From Macrostomum lignano (Eukaryota), in assembly GCA_002269645.1 (NCBI GenBank), contig NIVC01000180.1:62001-126000 (forward strand): 64,000 nt of DNA, in the 5' to 3' direction. The translations under genes were made by a program, and so were the position numbers. The notes beneath the pieces were generated by a model. That model searched no databases, was not told the DNA's origin, and saw nothing but the letters and a program-made list of their open reading frames with translations. Shown piece after piece: positions 18,234-28,048 of the stretch (within the stretch, counting starts at the first letter, position 1; each line of letters begins with the position of its first letter).

Positions 18234-18270
18234 CTGATAGCAGACAGACAGACAGACAGACACTGATAGC

Positions 18271-18303
<33 letters not shown>

Positions 18304-18330
18304 CTGATAGCAGACAGACAGACAGACACT

Positions 18331-18374
<44 letters not shown>

Positions 18375-18376
18375 CT

Positions 18377-18420
<44 letters not shown>

Positions 18421-18428
18421 CTGATAGC

Positions 18429-18469
<41 letters not shown>

Positions 18470-18508
18470 CTGATAGCAGACAGACAGACAGACAGACAGA
18501 CAGACACT

Positions 18509-18544
<36 letters not shown>

Positions 18545-19424
18545 CTGATAGCAGACAGACAGACAGACAGACAGCTGACTAGCTGGCATTTTCTAGTACA
18601 GATAGAAAATCTTTTCCGAAAACAGTATTTAAATGTCCCGTGACCAGCCGAACCCCGCGTGTTCGCCTCTCCAGACTCGCTGGTGCAGTCAATGTGCAGC
18701 TGGTTTCATCCGGAAATCACCCGAGGCCTGTACAGATTTGTGCTCAGCGACGGCCTGTTCTATCCGTGGATTGTCTATTTTCTCTACATGGGATGCGGTG
18801 AGTCTGCGGTGCCGGGGCACAGCGGATTAAAGAATCGGATAGCAATGCCTGAGACTTCATCCAGTAGAAATGCTGTCTTTAGGGCATTGCCTACTACTAA
18901 TAGTATGAGTGGAATGTCCAGTCCACACTGGTTCCCAGACCGGGAGTCTGGCTTGCCTTCATTTGCGCCCCGTTGCCAACCCGCCAGGCCCGCTGATGAT
19001 GGGCTACTTCGTGGACGACAGCTTCGGCGTGATGTTCCTCAGCGGGCTCTACATTGGCGGCACCTGGCTGCCGGAGAGCCTGATCTACGTCAGCGAGTTC
19101 ATCCAGATGTGCGCCTTTCACCTGCCGCTGCTGGCCCTGCTCTGCTACCGGCTTGGCAGGCAGGTTGACAGGACGCCCGCTGCCATGGCAACCCGTTGGC
19201 AGCGGTTGGCGTCCATCCTTCTTGATAGTCGCTCTTGGATTTACCCGCTGCTGGCCTGGCAGCTGTGGCTGTCCGTCAACTTCTTGCTGGCCACCTACGA
19301 CCTGACGGTGTTCCTGCTGAGCCCCTGCCGCCTGTGGCAGGTCGGCTTTGGCTGGTACCTGCACAGGACCGTCTGCCGCAACGAGGCTTCCATGCTGGCC
19401 CATCATAGCGGCTCGCAGCACTGA
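7386..19424 (+). CDS. TMEM62: Transmembrane protein 62 (calcineurin-like metallophosphoesterase plus C-terminal TM region), about 656 aa, 8 exons
   Basis: Exons 7386-7577, 12502-12751, 13369-13562, 14328-14452, 14564-15066, 15743-15889, 18675-18797, 18988-19424. All junctions GT-AG with consistent phases; total 1971 nt. Motifs [53 protein letters not shown] match TMEM62. Confidence 0.93.
9650..10130. repeat. 17-bp minisatellite (CCCAGATTAGCACTCAG) in TMEM62 intron 1
   Basis: Near-perfect copies at about 9870-10085 with degenerate flanking copies. Confidence 0.9.
11330..11480 (+). mobile_element. Possible non-autonomous Helitron-like 3' end fragment
   Basis: AAGTTTGAAAAAAATCGGTTCAGG...CAGACAGATCTTAGAGATTTAGTATAT followed by a (GAT)n tract. 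The AGAGATTTAGTATAT tail recurs twice at about 37025-37090. Confidence 0.3.
12800..13135 (+). repeat. Degenerate telomere-like (TTAGGG/TTTAGG)n tract in TMEM62 intron 2
   Basis: Runs such as TTAGGGTTAGGGTTTAGGTTTAGGTTAGGG read directly. Confidence 0.85.
15067..15689 (+). repeat. 20-bp minisatellite GTGGGTCACTGAGAGGTCAG (about 31 copies) starting at the TMEM62 exon 5 donor
   Basis: Array begins at CAG|GTGGGT (15067) and ends immediately before GTAAGC (15690). Confidence 0.95.
16031..18573. repeat. (GACA)n satellite with recurrent CTGATAG / CTGATAGCA interruptions, TMEM62 intron 6
   Basis: Read directly; about 2.5 kb. Confidence 0.98.
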
Positions 19425-19507
19425 GCGGCTCTGCTGCAAACTGCTGAGATTTTGTATGTAGATTATGGACTGGCCCCCATTTAGTTGATAGCCAGACCGG
19501 CCTCTTA

Positions 19508-19900
19508 AGCAGACACCTTTGACAGGCATTAAAACAGACACCTTGACAGACATTTAAAACAGACACCTTTGACAGGCATTAAAACAGACACCTTTGACAG
19601 GCATTAAAAAAGACAGCTTGACAGGCATTAAAACAGACACCTTTGACAGGCATTAAAACGGACACCTTTGACAGGCATTAAAACAGACACCTTTGACAGG
19701 CATTAAAACAGACACCTTTGACAGGCATTAAAACAGACACTTGACAGGCATTAAAACAGACAGCTTGACAGGCATTAAAACAGACACCTTTGACAGGCAT
19801 TAAAACGGACACCTTTGACAGGCATTAAAACGGACACCTTTGACAGGCATTAAAACAGACACTTGACAGGCATTAAAACAGACATCTTTACAGACTTTAA
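19508..19900. repeat. 24-25-bp minisatellite (ACAGACACCTTTGACAGGCATTAAA) just downstream of the TMEM62 stop
   Basis: About 15 tandem copies with small indels. Confidence 0.92.
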
Positions 19901-20906
19901 AACTCTTTAATGGGTGTACATGCTAAAATGGGCAGTAGCTGTCTGAAATTGTAGAGGCCTCTGTGCTATACTATATTATTCGTCCCAGCTTTACTCATGC
20001 TGCGTGTACTTTTAGCGCTTTAATTAATTTGTTATCGATAGCTGGCTATTTTGTAGCAGTTTATTCCAGGCTTCTTAATACAAACTGAATCAATATTAAT
20101 ATGTTCACTGTTGTGTACTGACCTGTTATCCAAAGCTTGAAATGCTAATTATTATCCCGATTATTTCAACCCATAATTCACTTTTTTTCGAGCAACGCTG
20201 CGCCTCATCGCAATCCATCGATTCTACGGCCGAGGCTTGAATTGATTTTTCCTTCCAGACTCTTGCCTGGCAATTAATTTATGTCTGCAATATTTTTAAA
20301 GTACATAGAATTGGGCAGGATGCCAATAAGTTTTCATCTGCACTTTTTCTATTAAAACTTCTGCATGTCTTTATGGCTTTGTTGTTTCTTTTTAAAATTA
20401 AGGGATCAAGACTGCCAAACCTGAATGCCAGTTCCGATACAATAAGCCTGTAACCCTGTCGCCATATTGCTGCCCATTTGCCAGCTTACAAAGTTGATGG
20501 TGTGAAATTTCGCTCATGAAGTTTCGCTTTAGTAAAAGTAACAAAAAATTTCCACGACTTGAAGCAATTGCTGTCTTCGCAGATGTGAAATTTCGAGCTT
20601 GTAAAGTGAATTTTGTGAAATCCACCGTTGGATTTTGTCGGTCTGGGCCATAGACTAAGCTGGTAGAAACCTGCCCCTCGGCCTCCGGAGTAAACTCCGT
20701 ATATAAAAAATTCGGTACATGTATATGTGGATTGATGTTACAAGTGCACTACGGGTATTTATAAAATTCCACAGGATAATGGCTCCAACAAAGCTTGATT
20801 TTGAATGAAATTTATTTGAGTTTACAAGGAAACCAGCTGCAAATAGATGAACACAGAAATACTCTAGCTAAATGCGCTCCAGCTGCACAACACAGCTAAC
20901 TGAAGG

Positions 20907-23315
20907 TCATTCCTTGGCTGCCTCCTCCGCACTGACCGAAGCCGCCTTCGCCTTCTGATGCTCGTCCTCGGCTTGCTCCTCGTCAGAGGGTGCCGCAGCG
21001 GCGTACAGATTCTTCAGGCACAGCAGCAGCTGGTGCATGAGCTCCCTGCCGGAGCCATCCAACCAGCTCAGCTGCATCTCGATGACGCCGCTGTCGTTAT
21101 AATCCAGCGCCAGATTCGCCACCAGCACCGGCGGCTCTTTCGGCTGAGTCGCCTGCTTGGACGGGCTGGATGAGGCCGTCAGCTTGCGCGGGCTGCGCTG
21201 ACGACGCGGCTGCGGGGGTCCTCGGCCGGCATTGGCGGCGGCGGCTTCCAGCCGGGGACGCTTCTCTGCAGGCGGCGAGCAGCCCTCTGTGTCTTTCTCG
21301 CTAAATTTGCTGTCACTTTCGCTCTTGATGACATCGTGACCTTTAACGTTGTCTTGACCTTTATTGTCACTATGACCTTCAGCGACGTTATGATCTTTTG
21401 AGTCACTTTGACCGTCAGCAGCGTCATCACCTTTATTGTCTTTTTGACCTTTAGCGACGTCGCAATCTTTAACACCCTGACCTCCGATGACGTCATCGGA
21501 AAGTCGGCTAACTCCCTGGCCCCTGATGCTGTCGCTTTCACTCAGCTCACTTTCCTGGCTTCGATTAGCGGCGTCGCCCTTGTCGGCGCCTGCTGCCGGA
21601 TGCCGGCGCCGATGCCGCTGGCGGGTCCAGGTGACCTCCTTGGCCGACAGGCGCAACCGGCGGCCCGTGGCGCCCTGCTTGTTCAGCTGGTCCCAGCAGT
21701 CGATGCGCAGTCGCCGCTTGAGAACCCGCTTGCACCAGGCGAACACGGAGTCCAGGCTGTAGTCCGGGCTGGGCTGGCCGGCCTCGCCAGCTGGCCGCTG
21801 CGGCAGCTGCATCGTCAGCGGCGGCCGGGACTGCAGCTTGCGCCGCTTGAACTCCGACATTGGAAAACTGACGCCAGACTGGAAAGTCCAGCCAATGCCC
21901 CAGCGCATGACGCGGCCCTGGCAGAACTCGTAGGTGCCGTAGCTGGCAACGCCGAGCCGCTCCAGCAGGCGCTTCAGCGGCTTCAGGGACGGCTTGCGGC
22001 CCAGCATGGAGGTGAAGACGCGGCAGCGGTCGCGGTGTCGGCTTGACTCCTGCGCGATGCGGCTCACGAACATCACCTCGCCGCCTGAGGAGAAACTCTC
22101 GACGCTGGCTGCCGTGCTGGCAGACATTGGAGGGTGCCGGCTGTCCGATCTGCAGAGGGGGGGATGTGCTCTCTGCTGGTGTTGAGCTATGAGAATCCAT
22201 CACTTGATTTGAGCAGGCTCTGAGCACCCCTCACCTGGTGTTAAGCAGGCCCTGAGCACCCCTCACCTGGTGTTAAGCAGGCCCTGAGCACCCCTCACCT
22301 GGTGTTAAGCAGGCCCTGAGCACCCCTCACCTGGTGTTAAGCAGGCCCTGAGCACCCCTCACCTGGTGTTAAGCAGGCCCTGAGCACCCCTCACCTGGTG
22401 TTAAGCAGGCCATGAGCACCCCTCACCTGGTGTTAAGCAGGCCCTGAGCACCCCTCACCTGGTGTTAAGCAGGCCCTGAGCACCCCTCACCTGGTGTTAA
22501 GCAGGCCCTGAGCACCCCTCACCTGGTGTTAAGCAGGCCCTGAGCACCCCTCACCTGGTGTTAAGCAGGCCCTGAGCACCCCTCACCTGGTGTTAAGCAG
22601 GCCCTGAGCCTCGGCCGCATCCGCAAAGAACGGTGGGTTGCACATGCAGAAGTCGAACTGCTCCTGCGGCTCCGCCAGACTCAATGGAAACTCGAGCGGC
22701 CCGGCGTCCGCCGGCGCCAACGCCACCCTGACGCGATCCTGCAGGCCGTTGCGGGCGACATTCTCCTCAGCATAGGCTGCGTTTCTCTTGTCCACTTCAG
22801 TGGCTACAAACCGCCAGCTGGGGTGGCAGCGGACCGCCAGAAGCGGGTAGATGCAGCAGCTGCCAGTGCCGATGTCGATGCCGCGAAGAGTGCTGCTGGA
22901 GGCTGCGTGTGTGAACAGGGAGACGCATTTTACTCGGGATTTCCGCTTCTCTTGACAACTAAAGCCTTCAATTTTTCATTTTGAGACTCATCTTAAACAA
23001 ACCTCGACTCACCCTCGGGAGCGGAGCAATCAACGCCCAGGATGTCCTCCAGCCAGTGCAGGTAGTTCAGCCGCAGCGGCAGCGTCGGGATCAGGCGGTC
23101 CAGCGGCAGCTCCACGCGCAGCTGGAAGTCGCGCTCTAGCAGGGCTCGGGTGAGAGCGGCCAGCTGGTGGGCAGCTTGAAGTTGACCACAACTCGGCCGC
23201 GATCGTCCAGCTGGCAGGCGGCCGCAAAGCTGGGGTTGTCGCGGGCCAGCTGGGCAAAGTCCGGCTTCTCCCGGCGGTAGCGATTGCGAGGGTGCATGAA
23301 GCGGTTCATGGACAT
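20907..23315 (-). CDS. METTL16: RNA N6-adenosine methyltransferase METTL16 (about 620 aa if the 1-nt frameshift is corrected), 3 exons
   Basis: Exons 23315-23013, 22902-22587, 22149-20907. Motifs MHPRNRY, LIPTLPLRLNYLHW, GIDIGTG, FCMCNPPFF, GGEVMFV, EFCQGRVMRWGIGWTF, and a VCR2-like ELMHQL. Exon 1 is one base short at GGG 23169-23171. AATAAA on the minus strand at 20811-20816. Confidence 0.9.
22213..22609 (-). repeat. 32-bp tandem repeat of the METTL16 exon 2/intron 2 junction (12 donor copies)
   Basis: Minus-strand unit GCTCAGGGCCTGCTTAACACCAG|GTGAGGGGT = 23 nt of exon end + 9 nt of intron start. Plus-strand CTCAC recurs at 32-bp spacing from 22230 to 22582. Confidence 0.95.
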
Positions 23316-23348
23316 GGCTGCGGGCTGGGCGGCTTGAGACTCTGGAGC

Positions 23349-24349
23349 TGGGTCTTATCCAGCCTGATTCTGGGTCTTTATCCCACCTAATTCTGTGTCT
23401 TTATCCAGCCTGATTCTGGGTCTTTATCCAACCTAATTCTGGGTCTTTATCCAACCTAATTCTGGGTCTTTATCCAGCCTGATTCTGGGTCTTTATCCAG
23501 CCTGATTCTGGGTCTTTATCCAGCCTGATTCTGGGTCTTTACCCAGCATGATTCTGGGTCTTTATCCAGCCTGATTCTGGGTCTTTATCCAACCTAATTC
23601 TGGGTCTTTATCCAGCCTGATTCTGGGTCTTTATCCAGCATGATTCTGGGTCTTTATCCAGCCTGATTCTGGGTCTTTATCCAGCCTGATTCTGGGTCTT
23701 TATCCAGCATGATTCTGGGTCTTTATCCAGCCTGATTCTGGGTCTTTATCCAACCTAATTCTGGGTCTTTATCCAATCTAATTCTGGGTCTTTATCCAGC
23801 CTGATTCTGGGTCTTTATCCAGCCTGATTCTGGGTCTTTATCCCAGCCTGATTCTGGGTCTTTATCCCAGCCTGATTTTGGGTCTTTATCCCAGCCTGAT
23901 TTTGGGTCTTTATCCCAGCCTGATTCTGGGTATTTATCCAGCCTGATTCTGGGTCTTTATCCAGCATGATTCTGGGTCTTTACCCAGCCTGATTCTGGGT
24001 CTTTACCCAGCCTGATTCTGGGTCTTTATCCAGCATGATTCTGGGTCTTTATCCAGCCTGATTCTGGGTCTTTATCCAGCATGATTCTGGGTCTTTATCC
24101 AGCCTGATTCTGGGTCTTTATCCAGCATGATTCTGGGTCTTTATCCAGCCTGATTCTGGGTCTTTATCCAACCTAATTCTGGGTCTTTATCCAATCTAAT
24201 TCTGGGTCTTTATCCAGCCTGATTCTGGGTCTTTATCCAGCCTGATTCTGGGTCTTTATCCCAGCCTGATTCTGGGTCTTTATCCCAGCCTGATTTTGGG
24301 TCTTTATCCCAGCCTGATTTTGGGTCTTTATCCCAGCCTGATTCTGGGT
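23349..24349. repeat. 23-bp minisatellite (ATCCAGCCTGATTCTGGGTCTTT), left arm
   Basis: About 43 copies; variant units recur with a period of about 418 bp. Confidence 0.95.
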
Positions 24350-27300
24350 CACAGTGTATTTCTTTGGTAAGATTTTTTGAAAAAAATGGCCACTCAAGAT
24401 TTTTACTATCATTAATAGATCACATTTTTCTAGAGAGGAAGCCACAATATTAAAAAAATCTGTCGAGCGGTTGCTGAGTAACTACTGTTTTTCTGTTTTT
24501 CATGCTGTTTCATGCTGTTTTCATTTTTTTGCTTTGATACAGGTTATAATAGGCAAATTGGTATCAAAAACGTTATTCAATGTTTTTCTTTCAACATTAA
24601 TAAATTATATTATTAGTATAAATTTAAAGAATGCTTGTACAATATAAAAACTTTCAGCTTGAAACGTAGTTGTACAATGTCAATATAAATTACACATTAG
24701 GAGTGAAAACAATGTCAAAGTCCACACTGACTACATGTCCTACACATGTCGGCTATTATAATGACGCACAGCCTGAAGCAAACGACTTCCAAAGCTGGGA
24801 TTTTCTACATCCTTGACCTTGAAGTTCGCCCATAGCTGCTGAAAGTCGTGGTGCACTGCTTCAGATGCCTGTTCACTCCAGGGACCAAGTCCTCGCTGTT
24901 GCATCAAACAGAACTGTGGCACATGATGCAGCACTGTGTGAACTTTCGGTGTCACTGAGATCCCGAGGTCCATGAACGTCACTTGAAAATCAGCGATCGT
25001 CTGCTGGAAATTGGAGGCCAGTTCATTGCCAAAGCAGCTGGACACAACAAGCCTGAAGCAGCGCAGTGCAGCAACGTACGGCAAGCACTGTAGCGGGCAC
25101 ATCGATGCCAGAGCATCAACATTCTGCAGGAGCACTTTGCAGCTGTTGCCGGTAAAACTGCCTCCGTGAATTGCCTCCCTGGCGACGTGGCAGTGATGCA
25201 GCCATCTGTCACACTCTGGCCACACTGACTGCATACTACAGTAAATGGTATTTACTACTCCAGTTAGCAGGTGCAGTTCGGGCGGTGGTACAATTTCTAG
25301 GACCATTGTTGAGGCTGGGAAATTTTCTAGAAGACAGGGACGTACCACATTTCCAAAATTCTTGGCAGCTGCAAGCTTGGAGCCAGAAGCCTGGAAGTTT
25401 GCATGGCTGTCTTCGAGAAGCTTCAGTGTGCGATCTGTGCCCTTCTGCAATAGCTTATTCTTGTGGGCATCGCACCAGCAGCAGGGATGAGCAGCACTGT
25501 GAGCCATAAGCCCAAGCAGCATGTTGCACAGCTTTAAGTCGCTAGCGATGGTAAATTTGCCTTGAAGACTGCTCAGTCCAGCTGCCCTCCACAGCAACTC
25601 CAGGTTCTGGTAATTTTCTTGAATGGCTGGTGCGATGGCTACAATAAGAATTCGTTTAACACCGGAGTGCTTTAGCCGACTGCTGCGAGAGTTGCTGCTA
25701 CAGGCTGCCTGTGAAGGCTCAGTGGAGTCAACACACCAACTGGAATCAAACACAGACAGGCAGATCTTGAAGAACCCACCACCTCCATCAATGCCAACCT
25801 TAATCATACAGGTCGATGGGTTCAGTTGTCTTTCTTGAATAATTCGCTTGAGAAGCTGCTGAATGCGCACACAAATAACAGCTGGACGTGATGTTACTTC
25901 TGTCACAACTCCTCGCTCCATGTTGACGAAGTCCAACTGTTGTAGTTCAAAAAAGCTGTCGAGCTGGTGGTGAATGTCAGACAGCTTTTGTTGGAGGTAC
26001 GACTCTACAGCTGTTTTTGAACCCGACGCTGCTCTAATATGGTGAGCCAGCTTCAGCATAGAGCGCGTGCTGAGGCCCATATCCTGCTGAATGCTCACCA
26101 TGCTGCTGACGCTCAGCTGCTGTGGTTGCTTCGGCGTACTCTGAGATGGTGGCTCCACTTCCATGTAAAAGCCTTCTGCATTATGTGCCCTTGTAGCAGG
26201 AGTACAGACATGTGACTTGCCTCGATTTAGCTGCGAGAGGCACTTCACACAGAGCTTCATGCTGACTGGGCGTCGAGTTTTTGACACAGTGCTGGCAGTG
26301 GGCTCGCAAACAATCCTACTTTGACTGTCAGCGCTTGGCCTTCCTCGTGGTCGCCGATTAACTGCTGCTGGATGTCCAAAGTTTGCGGAGCTTTCTCTGG
26401 CAGCCTGACACACAATACAGTTGCATCGAGTAGCTGCTCGGCTTCGTGTTCGAGGAGGCTGGGCTCCAATCTTAGAGTGGTCGAAGTCGGGCAGCGAGGA
26501 CGAAAAGTTTCCTTTCTCGTACTCTAGCAGCGTTATCCTGCATTTTGTGCACAGAGCACTTGGTAGCCGATTGTCCTGCGTATCGTAGCCATGCATCTTG
26601 AACTCTGAGATGAGTGACTGCATGTGCTCATTTATCCGGCGCATTTCCTTGCCCTTATGCATGCAGATGAGGCAGACGATGAGACGAGCATCTTCGTGCG
26701 TTCTGGCACTGCTGCTTTTACTCATAATGCCTAACACTGAGCGTGCTTGGTGTCGATTAAGAAAGGTGCTACACAACAAATCTGATATGTAATGAGACGC
26801 AGAGATTGTGCAATGAATATAAAAACTTCTCTAGTTAGATTAAAGTGAAATCAATCGATAAGAGCGACTTATATATATTCATTGATTGCTGAGCAGACAA
26901 GTTTTTAGCTCAGCAAACTTGTGTGCATTGCGCAATGTATAGCACACTATTTGATTGAGTAATAGATGAGTGACTGCGTTCTTCAACTCCAAATCATGCA
27001 CACACAGTCTCCCCTCAATAGAGAAGTAGTACAGCTAGTACAAAACCTATTTGTTACATTCAATCACACAATTGTACCCTGTATTTTTGGAACATTCATT
27101 TTGATTAGCATATGAAATGTGTGTAAAAAACAGCCTATTTGTTGGCTAAACAAATGGACCTTAAGCTTATAAGTGATTTTCTGTTTGAACTAGAAAAACA
27201 AAAACAAATAGCACGAAACAGCATAAAACAGCATTAAAAACAGAAAAACAGTAGTTTCTTAGCAACTGCTTGATGGATTTTTTAAAGTCTTGTAGCATTC

Positions 27301-27387
27301 TCTCTGGACATACATGATCTATTGATGATAGTAAAAATCTGGGGTGGCCATTTTTTTCAAAAAATGTCACCATAGAAATACACTGTG
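24350..27387 (-). mobile_element. Full-length Chapaev/RAG1-Transib-like DNA transposon (3038 bp)
   Basis: Termini CACAGTG (24350-24356) and CACTGTG (27381-27387). Imperfect TIRs of about 180 bp. 4-bp TSD GGGT (24346-24349 / 27388-27391). One uninterrupted transposase ORF. Confidence 0.9.
24740..26725 (-). CDS. Chapaev/RAG1-like DDE transposase (661 aa from the ATG at 26725)
   Basis: N-terminal Cys/His clusters: H..CLIC, CTKC, CNCIVC, CVKC..HVC. Core motifs KVGIDGGG (D), SDLKLCNMLLGL (D), HPCCWC, PPELHLLTG, TPKVHTVLHH, LGPWSEQASEAVH (E) parallel the RAG1 D600/D708/CxxC/HxxxxH/E962 arrangement. Confidence 0.85.
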   Translation of the reverse strand: MSKSSSARTHEDARLIVCLICMHKGKEMRRINEHMQSLISEFKMHGYDTQDNRLPSALCTKCRITLLEYEKGNFSSSLPDFDHSKIGAQPPRTRSRAATRCNCIVCQAARESSANFGHPAAVNRRPRGRPSADSQSRIVCEPTASTVSKTRRPVSMKLCVKCLSQLNRGKSHVCTPATRAHNAEGFYMEVEPPSQSTPKQPQQLSVSSMVSIQQDMGLSTRSMLKLAHHIRAASGSKTAVESYLQQKLSDIHHQLDSFFELQQLDFVNMERGVVTEVTSRPAVICVRIQQLLKRIIQERQLNPSTCMIKVGIDGGGGFFKICLSVFDSSWCVDSTEPSQAACSSNSRSSRLKHSGVKRILIVAIAPAIQENYQNLELLWRAAGLSSLQGKFTIASDLKLCNMLLGLMAHSAAHPCCWCDAHKNKLLQKGTDRTLKLLEDSHANFQASGSKLAAAKNFGNVVRPCLLENFPASTMVLEIVPPPELHLLTGVVNTIYCSMQSVWPECDRWLHHCHVAREAIHGGSFTGNSCKVLLQNVDALASMCPLQCLPYVAALRCFRLVVSSCFGNELASNFQQTIADFQVTFMDLGISVTPKVHTVLHHVPQFCLMQQRGLGPWSEQASEAVHHDFQQLWANFKVKDVENPSFGSRLLQAVRHYNSRHV

Positions 27388-27699
27388 GGGTATTTATCCA
27401 GCCTGATTCTGGGTCTTTATCCAGCATGATTCTGGGTCTTTACCCAGCCTGATTCTGGGTCTTTACCCAGCCTGATTCTGGGTCTTTATCCAGCATGATT
27501 CTGGGTCTTTATCCAGCCTGATTCTGGGTCTTTATCCAGCATGATTCTGGGTCTTTATCCAGCCTGATTCTGGGTCTTTATCCCAGCCTGATTCTGGGTC
27601 TTTATCCAGCCTGATTCTGGGTCTTTATCCAGCCTGATTCTGGGTCTTTATCCAGCCTGATTCTGGGTCTTTATCCCAGCCTGATTTTGGGTCTTTATC
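27388..27699. repeat. 23-bp minisatellite, right arm (continuation after the transposon)
   Basis: Resumes with GGGTATTTATCCAGCC, identical to the uninterrupted copy at 23928. Confidence 0.95.
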
Positions 27700-28048
27700 T
27701 AATCTGAAGCTTAATCTCTATCTAACAAGAAGCTCTCCAATTTGAATCTGGGCCTGGATCCTACCTAAAGATTAGTTTCTATTTTATTCCCAACATAAAG
27801 CTTAGCGCCTTTTTGTAACTGAAAATTAAAAAATGTGGACTCTCATCACAGAAATCTATAATCAGTTCACATGCACCATTTATTGAAAAATCAGTCTAGA
27901 CAAGAAAATCATCCCTAAAATCAAATAGAAATATTTACATAATTATAGTGAAAGTCATGGTCCGTAGGGAAACGCTACCAGAACCTCCTACAACTAGCAT
28001 TGCGCCCCTGATCCGCAATGCAAAACTAAAATCAGCCTCTCAGCCGCA

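Noticed and set aside
15966-18589. Long (SVCL)n and (DRQT)n ORFs
   Set aside because: Translations of the GACA satellite inside a TMEM62 intron.
18597-18674. Alternative TMEM62 exon 7 acceptors at 18597 and 18602
   Set aside because: Both lead to premature stops; the acceptor at 18675 preserves frame and homology.
22213-24349. Regular 23-32-bp direct repeats superficially like CRISPR arrays
   Set aside because: Head-to-tail with no unique spacers, no cas genes, eukaryotic context.
26780-27387. Possible RAG2-like partner gene inside the RAG1-like transposon
   Set aside because: Only about 600 bp of AT-rich non-coding sequence here and about 390 bp at the other end; the 86-aa ORF 27167-27427 is TIR/minisatellite-derived.
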